The translations under genes and the position numbers were made by a program. Under the pieces are notes generated by a model. That model searched no databases and was not told where the DNA came from. It saw only the letters and a program-made list of their open reading frames with translations. From Candidatus Entotheonellaceae bacterium (GTDB taxonomy: Bacteria; Tectomicrobia; Entotheonellia; Entotheonellales; Entotheonellaceae), in assembly GCA_965238075.1 (NCBI GenBank), contig OZ250173.1, positions 192,001-256,000 on the forward strand: a stretch of DNA of 64,000 bases. The letters run 5' to 3'. This document shows positions 1 through 15,086 of this stretch, piece after piece (positions within the stretch are counted from its first letter, which is position 1; the number at the start of each line of letters is the position of its first letter).

Positions 1-942
1 CGCCGCGGAAGAAGCCGCGTCATAGTGGCGCCGGTAGATGCTGTAGTGCTGGCCGGGATACGTCTTGTATTCGGCCTCGGCGTTTTGACGGATGATGTCA
101 TAGACGGCGCGGCCGTTGTCCGTGCGGTCGAAGAGTTCTTCCTCGGTAACGTCGATGATCAGGGTCGGGACCCTCACTTCTCCCGCTTGGTCGATCGGGC
201 GGTGATCCAGCATCTTCGCGAGGTCCGGCGTGCCCTTCAGGTTGGGAATCTGGTCGACACCTTGTGGGATCGGATCGATCTTGCCGCGCGCTTTGTCGAT
301 GGCGCGCTGACGGGCGAGCCGTTTCGCTTCGGAGCTCCAGCCACCGACGCCTTGATAGCCCACCTGGCTGACGATGGCCGCGACCCGGTCGTCGCGGGCG
401 CCAACCTGGATGACGTGGCCGCCTGAGTAACTCGTACCCCAGACGCCGATGCGGTCGCGGTCGACGCCGGGCTCGCCGCTCAGGTAATCCAGCGCGCTGG
501 TGATGTCGCGAATCTGGTCGTGGGGATCCACCACTTCCCGAATGGCGCGGACGCGCACGGTCACCTCGCCGTTGGCGTCGGGCTCCGGTTGCTCGCCGAT
601 GATGACGAGACGGCTGTGGCTGTCGGCCCAGCCGCGGTAGTCGAATGCCAGTACCACGAAGCCGGCGTCGGCGAATTTCGGCGCATAGGTGCTGTTGAGG
701 TGGGCGCGCGCGCCGCCCCAGCCATGGGTGAGGAGAATCGCGGGCGCGTCGCTACCCTTGCCGAAGCCGGCGGGTAGCCAGAGGTCACCGGCCATTCTGG
801 TGCCGTCGCTCCAGATATGGACAGACCGGCGCTCAACACTGTCCGCGGCGGCAAGACCCACCAAGGCGGCAATGACGACAACGACGAACGCGAACGCCAT
901 GACCGGGCCGCGTCGAACGACCCTACAAGCACGCTTGATCAT
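1..942 (-). CDS. Secreted alpha/beta hydrolase (CocE/NonD / S15-like), partial, runs off the left edge
   Basis: Not in the ORF track; translated by hand from ATG 942 (GGGAGG upstream): MIKRACRVV...AFVVVVIAALVGLAAA signal, AILLTHGWGG, VLAFDYRGW, nucleophile elbow RIGVWGTSYSGGH. Confidence 0.85.
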   Translation of the reverse strand, partial: MIKRACRVVRRGPVMAFAFVVVVIAALVGLAAADSVERRSVHIWSDGTRMAGDLWLPAGFGKGSDAPAILLTHGWGGARAHLNSTYAPKFADAGFVVLAFDYRGWADSHSRLVIIGEQPEPDANGEVTVRVRAIREVVDPHDQIRDITSALDYLSGEPGVDRDRIGVWGTSYSGGHVIQVGARDDRVAAIVSQVGYQGVGGWSSEAKRLARQRAIDKARGKIDPIPQGVDQIPNLKGTPDLAKMLDHRPIDQAGEVRVPTLIIDVTEEELFDRTDNGRAVYDIIRQNAEAEYKTYPGQHYSIYRRHYDAASSAA

Positions 943-1071
943 GTTTTCCTCCCAACGCTATGTGTGCGCTACGATCTGAGTTCAGCATCATTCTCACCTG
1001 ACTGGAATCGTGACTTTATCGTATGCTGGACGGCAGGCTACAAACCAGATATCGAGAAGGAAAGGTAACCC

Positions 1072-1890
1072 ATGGAATTTGGACTACGAGGCAGGAAGGC
1101 GATTGTGACCGGCGGCAGCCGCGGCATCGGCAAGGCGATTGCGCTGGAACTGGCCCGTGAAGGTGTTGACGTGGCCATCGTGGCGCGCGGCCAAGAGGAA
1201 TTGTCGGCGACAGCCGAGGAACTGGCAGCCGAAACCGGACAGCGCATTGTTCCGATTGTGGCCGACGTGACCAGCCGCGAGCAGGTCGATCGCACGACGG
1301 ATCAGGCCGCCGAGCAGCTTGGCGGCCTGCACATTCTGGTCAATAGCGGTGCCCTGCCCGGCGGCTCACCAACAGCGGTTGGGCACATCGACACGGTGGT
1401 CGACGAAGATCTGCTGCAAGACTTCAACGTCAAATATCTTGGCGCCCTGCGCTGCTGCCGTGCCGCCATTCCGCACATGAAATCCGCGGGATGGGGACGC
1501 ATCATCAACATAAGCGGCACCAACGCCCGCACGGCCGGCAACCTCAGTGGCGGTGCGCGGAATACCTCCATGGTGCACCTGACCCGTACCCTGGCGCTGC
1601 AACTCGGCCGCGACGGCATCACCGTCAACTGTATCCACCCCGGCATTACCCGCACCGAGCGAACCCCCCACCTGCTGGCCGCCCGCGCCAAGGAGTTTGG
1701 CATTACCGCCGCTGAGGTAGAAGCTCGGGATTTCGCCGAGGGCGCTCCTCGCGGCAACGCTATCGGGCGCATGGTTGACGCCTCGGAGATTGCCTATCTA
1801 ACCGTCTTCCTGGCCTCAGACAAAGCATGGGCCGTCACCGGCGAGCTCGTTGTTGCCAACGGCGGCACCGGCGCAGCCGTGTATTACTGA
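1072..1890 (+). CDS. Short-chain dehydrogenase/reductase
   Basis: TGGSRGIG Rossmann motif, GRIINIS, TVNCIHPG, C-terminal AVTGELVVANGG; canonical YxxxK not evident. Confidence 0.9.
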   Translation: MEFGLRGRKAIVTGGSRGIGKAIALELAREGVDVAIVARGQEELSATAEELAAETGQRIVPIVADVTSREQVDRTTDQAAEQLGGLHILVNSGALPGGSPTAVGHIDTVVDEDLLQDFNVKYLGALRCCRAAIPHMKSAGWGRIINISGTNARTAGNLSGGARNTSMVHLTRTLALQLGRDGITVNCIHPGITRTERTPHLLAARAKEFGITAAEVEARDFAEGAPRGNAIGRMVDASEIAYLTVFLASDKAWAVTGELVVANGGTGAAVYY

Positions 1891-1909
1891 GGCTTGGCCA
1901 CCGGCTCCG

Positions 1910-4027
<2,118 letters not shown>

Positions 4028-4356
4028 AAGCCGGCCTCCATTCGGATACGTTGCGAAAAGCAGAGAGCGCAGCGCGATAACGGGCCGCAATTTTCTGTGT
4101 GCGTCAACCACGGCGGCGCTGGCGAATTCGGCTTTTCAGGTGCCGTTACGCCTTCTGTCTGCTATCAGGGATGGGATGAATCGCGGCGAGAACCAATGAT
4201 GATAAGCGGCATTGTAGCACATTGGCGCGCTGCGGGCGGCCCGCCGCAGGGAAAAACGGTGTGCACCGGTCGGGAGTGGAAGGTATAGTGAATGGCAATA
4301 GTTACAAGACAAAATTGCACAGATTCATCCGACGTTAAGTAGAAAGAGAGACTTCG

Positions 4357-5721
4357 ATGCTACGGAGACTGTTGATCGGCATCAGCACATTGATGATTCT
4401 GATTCTGGGCGTTTTCGGCATGAAGGCGCTGAAGGACATGCGCGAGCCGCCCCAGCGGCAGGTCCTCGCCAACCCCGGTCCGGTTGTGCGGGTGGTCAAC
4501 GTAGAGCCGCGCGAGGTACCGCTTTCCGTGGCCGGATTCGGCACCGTGCGGGCGAAACACGTCTGGAGCGTCGCGCCCGAAGTATCGGGAACGATTGTCG
4601 AGTTGTCACCGCAATTGCGCGCCGGGTTACACGTCAAGCGCGGCGACTTGTTGTTCGAGGTTGATCCCCGCTCTTTCCGGCTGGCCGTGCAGCGTATTCA
4701 GGCCCGCTTGATTCAGCATGAGAAAGAAATCGCCGTCCTGCAGCAGCAGCGGAAGAATCACCTTGAAACCCTGGAACTGGTGCGCCAAAACCTGTCCATC
4801 GCGGAGGAGGACCTGTGGCGCGATGAGGAACTGATGCGCAAGGGCACCATCTCGCCGCGCGAGCGCGACCGCCGCCAGCAGGCGCGGAACGAAGCATTGC
4901 GCGCCGTGCAAAGCACTGAAAACCAGTTGGCGCTGAACGGGCCGCGGATCGAGCAGGCCGAAGCCGCCATCGAGGTGGCGCGCGCCGAATTGGCAGAGGC
5001 CGAGTTGCAACTCAGCAAGACGCGCCTGCTGGCGCCCGCCGACGGTCAACTCGTGCAAACCATGCTCGACCTCGGCGAATTTGTCGCTGCCGGACGCGAG
5101 GTTGCCTCCCTCTACGGCACGGCCGCCGTGGAAATTCCGATTGCCGTACCCATGGACGAGCTCCGCTGGCTGCCGACCCTGTCCCCGGACCACTTCTCAC
5201 TCGCGGCGGATTCCAATCCGGCCCCGAATGATCTCCTGCCGCCGGCCACCATTCACTGGCAAAGCGGCCAGCGCGATTATGTCTGGCACGGCAAGGTGGT
5301 TCGCTGGGAGGCCGGCCTGGATGCCCGGACGCGCACCCTGACCCTGGTGGTGGAAGTCCCCAGGCCCTGGGATTCGTTCCGTCCCGGTGAACACCCCGCC
5401 TTGCAACCCGGCATGTTCTGCCGGGTGGAAATTTCCGCCGGCAGCCAGCCCAATGCCGTTGTCATTCCCCGCACGGCCTTGCACGACGGCAACTCGGTGT
5501 ATCTCGTCACCGACGGACGCCTGGCTCGGCGTCAGGTACAAGTCCTGCGTTTCCTTCGCGACCAGGCTATCCTCAGCGCCGGATTGCAACCTGGCGATCA
5601 ACTCGTGGTTTCTCCCCTCAGCGCCCCGGTCATCGGCATGAAACTTCGCGCCCTGGAAGTAGAGCCTATACCACCTGCCCTTCTGCCCCAGGACACTTTG
5701 GCGCAGCAAGAGGAGCGTTAA
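4357..5721 (+). CDS. RND efflux periplasmic adaptor (MFP) subunit
   Basis: N-terminal TM anchor, VAPEVSG...VKRGDLLF lipoyl half, coiled-coil hairpin, LAPADG, LQPGMF, VVIPRTAL. Confidence 0.92.
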   Translation: MLRRLLIGISTLMILILGVFGMKALKDMREPPQRQVLANPGPVVRVVNVEPREVPLSVAGFGTVRAKHVWSVAPEVSGTIVELSPQLRAGLHVKRGDLLFEVDPRSFRLAVQRIQARLIQHEKEIAVLQQQRKNHLETLELVRQNLSIAEEDLWRDEELMRKGTISPRERDRRQQARNEALRAVQSTENQLALNGPRIEQAEAAIEVARAELAEAELQLSKTRLLAPADGQLVQTMLDLGEFVAAGREVASLYGTAAVEIPIAVPMDELRWLPTLSPDHFSLAADSNPAPNDLLPPATIHWQSGQRDYVWHGKVVRWEAGLDARTRTLTLVVEVPRPWDSFRPGEHPALQPGMFCRVEISAGSQPNAVVIPRTALHDGNSVYLVTDGRLARRQVQVLRFLRDQAILSAGLQPGDQLVVSPLSAPVIGMKLRALEVEPIPPALLPQDTLAQQEER

Positions 5722-8700
5722 GGCATGCGACGCCTTATCGCTGCCGCCGTTCACAATTCGGTGGCGGCCAACCTTTTGATGGTCGTGATCATCGTGGTTG
5801 GCGGCATGAGCGCCTACAACATCAGGCGTGAGACCTTCCCACATATTCCCTTCGATGTTATCCAGGTGCAGACCATCTTTCCGGGCGCCACGCCGGAGGA
5901 AGTCGAAGAAAGTGTTATCGTCAGAATCGAGGAAGCTATCAAGAGCGTGGAGGGTATTCGCGACATCACCTCCCTGGCATACGAAAACTCAGGCGTGGTG
6001 CTCGCCCAGCTCAAGTCGGGGGTCGACAATCGCCGAGCCCTGGAGGATATCCAGAGGGAGGTCGAGAAGATCGACACCTTTCCCGACGACGCCGAACCGC
6101 CGAGATACGAGGAACTCACCATTCCGCGACAGGTCATCAATGTCGCCGTATACGGCCAGCAGTCTGAGCGGACATTGAAGGAAGTCGCCACTCGAGTACG
6201 GGACGATCTTCTGGCTTCCGAGTTCATTTCGCAGGTTCGCCTGGTCGGTACACGCGATTATGAAATCAGCATCGAAGTGTCCGAAGAGAGCCTGCGCCGT
6301 TACGGCCTGACCTTCGAGGAGATTCGCCAAGTGGTGCGGCGCAGCAGCGTCAACCTGCCAGGCGGCAGTATCAAGACACCGGTGCAGGATATCGTGGTTC
6401 GCACCTCTGGCCAACGTTACACTGGCCTGGAATTCGCCCGCGTGCCGCTGCTGACGCGGGCAGACGGCACCGTGGTTACTTTGGGCGAGGTGGCGCAGGT
6501 AAACGACGGCTTCGTCGATGCCTGGCGCATCGGCCGTTTCAACGGCACTCCTAGCGTTCTGGTTGCCGTGTTCAGGACCAGCGAGGAAGACGCTCTGGTC
6601 ATTTCTGACACCGTGCGCCGCTACGTCGCCGAGCAGGCACTGCAACTACCCGAGGGTCTGTCACTGAGCGTGTGGGCGGACGAATCGGCCGTTACCAAAA
6701 GCCGCTTGCAACTGCTCAGCCGAAACGGCTTGCAAGGTCTGGTGTTGGTGCTTCTCAGCCTGTGGCTGTTCATGAATCTACGGTTGGCGTTCTGGGTAGC
6801 GCTCGGTTTGGTGGTGGCTTTGCTGGGAGGCCTCTGGATCCTGATCCTGTACGGCGGCACCCTTAACATGATCACCATGTTCGCCTTCATCATGGCACTC
6901 GGCCTACTGGTCGACGACGCTATAGTGGTCGGCGAGAACATTTACAGCCACTGGCGGCGCGGTAAACCACCGGCACAGGCGGCCATCGACGGCGCCAGCG
7001 AGGTGGCCACGCCGGTCATTGGGGCGGTGGCGACGACTGTTGCAGCGTTCGTGCCGCTGTTCATCATGGAGGGTATTCTGGGCAAGTTCGTCGCCGTGAT
7101 GCCCGTGGCCGTGGTGGCTGCGCTGCTCGGTTCGCTGCTTGAGTGCATGGTGATTCTGCCGCCGCACTTGGCGCACGCCCTGCCGGAGGCCGGGTATCAA
7201 CCCTCCCGGCGGGGCATTCGCCGCCTGGCACAACGCATCCGGAGCGGCATTGATCACGCTCTTGAGTGGTTTATCGAACGGGTCTATGTGCCCCTGCTAA
7301 GGCGCGCCATGGTTTGGCGTCTGGTTGTAGCCGCCTCGGCGGTAGCGATTCTGATGCTCATGTTCGGACTGCTGCTGGGCGGACATCTTAATTTTGAACT
7401 CTTCCCCGACAGGGATACCGATACCATTCTCGCGCGCCTCACCATGCCGCAAGGCACCCCACTAACGCAGACGACAGCGGCCACAGCGCAGCTTGAAGCC
7501 GCTGCGCGCGGACTCGACAGCCATTTTCGGCCTGCTGACGCTACCGCCGGTCGTGTCGTCGAGCAAATCATGACCGTTGTCGGCATCAATTCCGCCTTTG
7601 AACCCGAGGTCGGTAGTCATGTGGGAGAGGTGACGGTCGAACTCCTGGCCGCCGAGCAGCGCGGTATTTCCAGTGCGGTGCTGACTGACAAGTGGCGAGA
7701 GCTGGCCGGCGACGTGCCGGACGCACTCGCTCTTACCTTCATAAGCGAGGAGATCTTTCCCGTCGGCATGCCCATCGAAGTGCGTTTAATGGGGGATGAC
7801 TTCACCGCCATGCGCGAAGCCGCGGCACGTTTGGAGGCCGAATTGGCTACCTATCCTGGCGTCCTGGAAATCGGTAACGATTATCGACCCGGCAAGATGG
7901 AAATCCAGCTTGCCCTGAAGTCCGCTGGCCGGGTGCTGGGCATCACCCTGGCCGACCTCGCCGAGCAGGTCAACCAGGGTTTCTTCGGCGCCGAGGCACT
8001 GCGCCTGCAACGCGGCCGCGACGACGTGAAAGTAGTCATCCGCTACCCGGTCTCGGGGCGGCGCTCGCTGGGAGACCTCGACAACATTCGCATTCGCACC
8101 CCAAACGGCAGCGAAGTGCCCCTCGGAGAGGTGGCCACCGCCACGCTGCGGCGCGGCTTCGCGGTCATCAAGCGAAGTGAACGACAGCGCGCGCTCACCG
8201 TCACCGCCGACGTTGATTCTACCAAGGCCAATGGGGAAAGAATTCTCGCCGTCCTGGAAAAGGACTTCCTGCCCCGCCTACTCGCCGACTACGAAAATAT
8301 GCGGTATTCCTTCGAAGGCCAGCATAAGGAAACGCAGCGCTCGGTGGGCAGCTTGTTCCGGGGCTTCGTCATCGCCATGCTGCTGATCTACACGATCCTT
8401 GCCGTGATTTTCCGCTCCTACGCACAACCCCTGATCGTCATGTCGGTGATTCCCTTTGGCTTCATCGGCGCCGTGATCGGACATATCCTGATGGGGCACG
8501 TACTCTCCCTGATGAGCCTGTTTGGGCTCGTCGCCCTGAGCGGCGTGTTGGTGAACGACTCGCTCGTACTGGTCGATTTCATCAATCGAGCCAGACGTAA
8601 AGGCACCCCGCTGCTCGAAGCCGTGTTGGCAGCCAGCCAGCAACGCTTCCGTGCCATCATCCTGACCAGTGTGACGACGGTCGCCGGTCTGTCCCCCATT

Positions 8701-8877
8701 TTGTTCGAGAAGAGCGCCCAGCCCAATTCCTCATCCCGATGGCGATTTCATTGAGCTTTGGCCTTATGGGTGCCACGCTGCTGGTCCTGGTGCTGGTGCC
8801 CGCCCTCTACCTGCTACTCTACGACGTGCAGAGCATCTGGCGCTGGCTGTGGACCGGCAGCTTTGCAGAGGAATCTT

Positions 8878-10827
<1,950 letters not shown>

Positions 10828-11015
10828 CGCATGTTACGGCTCAAGGGGGAGGTGAAGAAATGGCGTTCCCCGAAGTTGAGAGTGAGGCCAACTCTGCGCA
10901 TCAGGGCCGCAAACAGCCGGTGTGTTATGATGCCCTTATTGGCGATTTGTCTTTTTAGCAAGCCTGACAACGTATGCCAAGGCAAGGCAAGTACGCCGAT
11001 ATCCATCGGATACAC

Positions 11016-12589
11016 ATGAAGAGCAGTGCCATGACACCATTTGACCCCAAATCGCCCGCAGGTTGCAATATCGCGGTGATTTGTTTGGTCGTCGCGCTTT
11101 GCCGCAACACTGGTTGGCTGTTCAAGCTCTGGTGATGGCAGCTCGGCCATGGCACCGGAGATGATGCCCCCGGGTGACGGGACGACTCCGGACCAACCCG
11201 ACACGGACGGGCAAATGCCCGCGGAGTGGCTGCCGACCGACCCGCAAGCTGTCACGGCGGCGGCGGACAGGATCAAGGATGCTACTAGCCTCTCAGTCGA
11301 GTTAGAGGATGGGGAGCCCATTACTGGGTATCTCAACCATACCGAAATCAGCGGGGTGCGTTCCGAGTATGCCTCCATGTCGCAATCCTACCGGGACGGC
11401 AGTAGGGCCTTTGTTCTACCGTGGTACAACGAGGAGAGCGAACTTGAAGTTGGCGGCGGGGTATGGCGATCTGCTTCCTCGCACAGCGATCCGTACGTCT
11501 GGTTTGGCCGAGAAGTTGTAACGGACGACAGAGACGTGGAAGCCGTAACGAGGTCACACCGCGCGGTCGAGAACCATGGCCTCGGCTCGGAGTGGCAGGG
11601 ATTCGAGGCCATAACTGAATATGAGGGCGGCGGAAAACTGACGCTTCGTTTGTTCACCGATCTGCAAGAATCCGATAACCCAGGCGACCCGTTCGGGTTC
11701 CTCGGTAATCTCTATCAAGATACGAGTTATCACGACATCGCCTTGACTGATTCCCGGATTGCTGCCATCCCGGCAGACCAAGATGGCATATACGTTGTCG
11801 TTCCGGAAAAGGGTTTGGGCGGTTCTCTGAACGACATGCCAGGAACATTTACATGTGCCACGGGAACCAGTGGGTATTGCGCTCTTCAGGTCTCACGGTA
11901 TCAATTGGCCCCGGGATACATCCCCGACAATCGAGGGAACCCCGTGCTCTTCACGCCTGACGACGGGAAACGCGGCAGTAGAGCTTGCCGGCTCCGGGTC
12001 CGAGCGCGTAGCAGCGACGGACTATCTCAATTTCGGCTACTGGCTGTTCGTTCCGGAAGACGTTACAGTCGCCAGCGACTTTGACTTCGGGGTGTTCGCG
12101 GGTGGTGGCGACCCCTTCCGGGTGAATAATCTCCAGGGGCTTGAGGGGAATGCTGAGTACAAAGGAGAGGCGGCCGGGATGTATGCGGAGGCGACGATGA
12201 TCAGTCCCTTCAACGCGAAGGTTGAATTGACGGCTGACTTCGGCACGGCCGACGACTTCGGTGCGATAGGCGGACGCGTCTATGATTTCAACATAGATGG
12301 GGGTAAAACGTCGCCCCTGACGGAGTTGAGCTTGGGGCCGATACTGGGACGGAACAACAATATCTACCTGTCCTGGAACCACGCCTGGCTGCAAGAGGAA
12401 TGGGAGGCTTGGGCCGGCGGCTGGACTGAAGGCAGGACCTCTGCTGATGGCGGCTGGCAAGGCATATGGGGGGGCCTGTTCTTCGGAAACGGTGATGCCG
12501 CCACCGACCCTCCTACTTCCTTTGCCGGCACGTTCGGCGCCACGGACGGTAACCGCAGCTTCGCCGGTTCTTTTGGGGCTGAGCGATAG
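11016..12589 (+). pseudogene. Surface lipoprotein with C-terminal TbpB-like beta-barrel, interrupted by two +1 frameshifts (~11100 and ~11968)
   Basis: Joining frames gives signal IAVICLVVAL|AATLVGC (lipobox), Pro/Asp-rich linker, and C-terminal DYLNFGYWL...AEYKGEAAG...ELTADFG...WGGLFFG...FAGTFGA...FAGSFGA. Confidence 0.7.
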
Positions 12590-12616
12590 GCACACATTCG
12601 GTTCATTTCAAGCCGA

Positions 12617-12652
12617 AGGCGGGGACAACTCAGGGTTGTCCCCGCTTTTTTT
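12617..12652 (+). terminator. Rho-independent terminator
   Basis: GCGGGGACAAC-TCAGG-GTTGTCCCCGC perfect 11-bp stem followed by T7. Confidence 0.9.
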
Positions 12653-12764
12653 GATCCCGGCGTTAGAGCATTTCCGTATCTGATTGCGCTCGCCCCCATC
12701 GGCCGGGTTAGCGAGGCTGGCTTTCCCCTGAGGGGGGATTTACTCCCTCTCCCCTGGACGGAGA

Positions 12765-12924
12765 GGGTTGAGGTGAGGGGGAAAATTCAACGTGGGACAC
12801 GACCTCGCAGGCAGAGCGGTTGACGAGGAGGCCCGGCACGACACCCGGACGATGCCGCGCCGGAGTTGGGAAGACGGGGTTATCTCATGGTGATCGGATT
12901 GCTTGGCAACCCCGTGGTAGCCTT
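12765..12924. repeat. Degenerate ~160-bp direct repeat, copy 1
   Basis: Aligns by eye with 13724-13883 (shared blocks AAAATTCAA, CGGTTGACG, GGCCCGGCACG, GCCGCGCCGG, GGGTTATCTCA, GGATTGC). Confidence 0.88.
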
Positions 12925-12959
12925 GTGGATACGACGGATCCGTGTGTATATAATTGCGC

Positions 12960-13142
12960 ATGGAACGAAACAGCAGAGCGATCGTCAAACGCCTTCTGGC
13001 TGAAGGCTTCGAACTTGTGAAAGTATCGGGATCGCACCACAAGTTCCGCCGGGGGCCGATCACGGTGATCGTGCCGCACCCGAAGAAGGATCTTCCGGTG
13101 GGAACGGCCCGTGCCATCGCCAAGTTGGCCGACTGGATGTGA
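12960..13142 (+). CDS. hicA: HicA-family mRNA interferase toxin
   Basis: 60 aa; GFELVKVSGSHHKFRR, VIVPHPKKDLPVGTARAI. Confidence 0.95.
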   Translation: MERNSRAIVKRLLAEGFELVKVSGSHHKFRRGPITVIVPHPKKDLPVGTARAIAKLADWM

Positions 13143-13155
13143 GGAGCGTCGGACC

Positions 13156-13545
13156 ATGCATTATGTTGCCGTGATCGACAAGGATGCCAACAGCGCCTAC
13201 GGGGTCCGTTTCCCGGACGTGCCTGGCTGCTTCTCGGCAGCCGACACGTTCGACGAGATCGTCCCGAACGCGATCGAGGCACTGGCCCTATTTTTCGAGG
13301 ACAGAGATACCGTCCCGGCGCGTGGCATCGAGGCGGTCCGCGGGGAAGTAGCCGAGGACCTCGCCGCTGGCGCCGTTCTGATGATGATCCCTCACATTTC
13401 GGACCGCTGCCGCGTCGTGCGGGTCAATCTGAGCCTTGACAAGGGGCTTCTCGACACGCTGGACGAGGCCGCACGGGCACGTGGCATGACACGCTCGGCC
13501 TTTATTGCGAAAGCCGCAACAAGGGAAATCTGCGATCCCGGCTGA
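13156..13545 (+). CDS. hicB: HicB-family antitoxin with C-terminal ribbon-helix-helix
   Basis: YGVRFPDVPGCFSAADT; RVNLSLDKGLLDTLDEAARARGMTRSAFI; directly downstream of hicA. Confidence 0.95.
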   Translation: MHYVAVIDKDANSAYGVRFPDVPGCFSAADTFDEIVPNAIEALALFFEDRDTVPARGIEAVRGEVAEDLAAGAVLMMIPHISDRCRVVRVNLSLDKGLLDTLDEAARARGMTRSAFIAKAATREICDPG

Positions 13546-13723
13546 TGATGGCTCGACCGCTTTACGCTCCATGCAGACGTGATTTACGCACTTGGCAACT
13601 CGTTAACATCTTCACGCGTCCCTCCCAAAAACTGTCGCCAGAACGTCAGCGTCCAGAGGTGTAGCCCCTGCACGTCATGCCGGGCTTGACCCCGTATCAA
13701 GTCCGGGGCAGGTTTCGATTTGG

Positions 13724-13883
13724 GGGTTGGGGTGAGAGGCAAAATTCAAAGTAAGACACTGCCGCGCGGGGAGAACGGTTGACGTGGAAGGCCCGGCACG
13801 GCACCCGAAAGAGCCGCGCCGGTTGTTGGAAGGAAGGGTTATCTCACGGCGATTGGATTGCCTGGCGAGCCCGTCGCGCCCTT
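13724..13883. repeat. Degenerate ~160-bp direct repeat, copy 2 (includes cyclase 3' end)
   Basis: Aligns with 12765-12924; overlaps the last 15 codons of the cyclase CDS. Confidence 0.88.
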
Positions 13884-14831
13884 CAGACGCAGCGGTGCGA
13901 AGATGTACGCGAACTCATACACCTGGTCCGCCGCCAAGGCTGCCGTGTCGAGATTCTCATGGATGTAGATGCCGTTGCACACCAGCAGGTGCTGGTGACT
14001 CTCAAAAGCCCGTTCCGGGTCCTCGCCCGGTACTGCCTCTACCGGCCACGTATCGGAGGCCAGCATGACAGGTTTCTTCTCAATCAGCCACTTGACGGTC
14101 GTCACGCTGGGTCCGGGCACGGGGCCGCCATAGGCGTCATTGTCCACCATCCATAGCGAACCGTGACCGGTGTGAAACATGATCACGTCACCTTCCCCGA
14201 TGTCGACGCCTTGGCGGGCCAGGGTGCCCTCGATGTCGTCAATGGTGATGACGTATCCCCCCTCCAGCCGGTCGACGCCCTTGTAGGCGGCGACGTCGAG
14301 CAGGACGCCGCGAGTGAAGAACGCCCCGACGTTTTCGACGCCGAGCCGCTTCAGCCCGTAGGTGTCGCCAAAGTCGGCCAGCTTGTTGCCGTTGTAGAAG
14401 ATCTCGTCGTCGCCCACCTGCACGCCGACGTGGCCGAGGCCGTCAAACTGCGTGCCGACCTGGCCGATCTCCGCGCTCACCATCTCGTCGTTGCCGATGA
14501 TCTGGTTCTTGGCGAATGGCGTGTACGTGGGCAGGCCGGGGATCGTCAGGCTGTAGTGCCGCTTACCGGGCATCGCCATGCCGTGTTCATAGATGCGCCC
14601 CAACTGGTAAATCTTGCCCTCCGTGATCAGGGACACGGCCTGCATGACCTTTGCCGGTGTGATGCGGTTCGCCGCCCCTCGTTGATCGTCCGGACCCCAT
14701 TCCGACGGCCAACATACCGGGCCGATGGGGGTCTCGTCTTGCGCTGCTGCCAAACCGACAAAACCGGGCAGAACGAACATCCCGATTACAACCACGGCCA
14801 TCAACCGGGATCTGCGTAACGTGGATTGCAT
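13839..14831 (-). CDS. Exported cyclase-family (kynurenine formamidase-like) metal-dependent hydrolase
   Basis: ATG 14831 after AAGGAG; signal peptide ending LAAAQ; WGPDDQRGAAN, GTQFDGLGH, TRGVLLDVA, IHENL, GATGSPGNP. Confidence 0.9.
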   Translation of the reverse strand: MQSTLRRSRLMAVVVIGMFVLPGFVGLAAAQDETPIGPVCWPSEWGPDDQRGAANRITPAKVMQAVSLITEGKIYQLGRIYEHGMAMPGKRHYSLTIPGLPTYTPFAKNQIIGNDEMVSAEIGQVGTQFDGLGHVGVQVGDDEIFYNGNKLADFGDTYGLKRLGVENVGAFFTRGVLLDVAAYKGVDRLEGGYVITIDDIEGTLARQGVDIGEGDVIMFHTGHGSLWMVDNDAYGGPVPGPSVTTVKWLIEKKPVMLASDTWPVEAVPGEDPERAFESHQHLLVCNGIYIHENLDTAALAADQVYEFAYIFAPLRLKGATGSPGNPIAVR

Positions 14832-15086
14832 CGCTTTCTCCTTGTCGTTATTGTGCCTCAGTTGCAGGGCATCTGGCCCTTCAATGCGCGGCATCATACA
14901 CCCGGCAAGGCCGCGGTCAAGCGCGATCTGCCCGGCCTCTCGGATGAGCCGGCCAGACGATAGAAAGGCATCCCCGCTCCCCGCAGGGCCTTTCAGGTTG
15001 TCATGGACCCGTTGTTCGCCGTGCAGTATCATGCCCAGCCAATTGGTCGCGTCGAGGATCGAGGTCATTGTTGAGGGAGAAACACC

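Noticed and set aside
8758-8877. N-terminal extension of the acetoacetate-CoA ligase
   Set aside because: This DNA encodes the frameshifted RND C-terminus in another frame
12660-12780. REP/MITE-like palindromes (CCCTCTCC...GGAGAGGG; also 13673-13712)
   Set aside because: They resemble short intergenic palindromes but are single or partial here; cannot be established as a repeat family from this window
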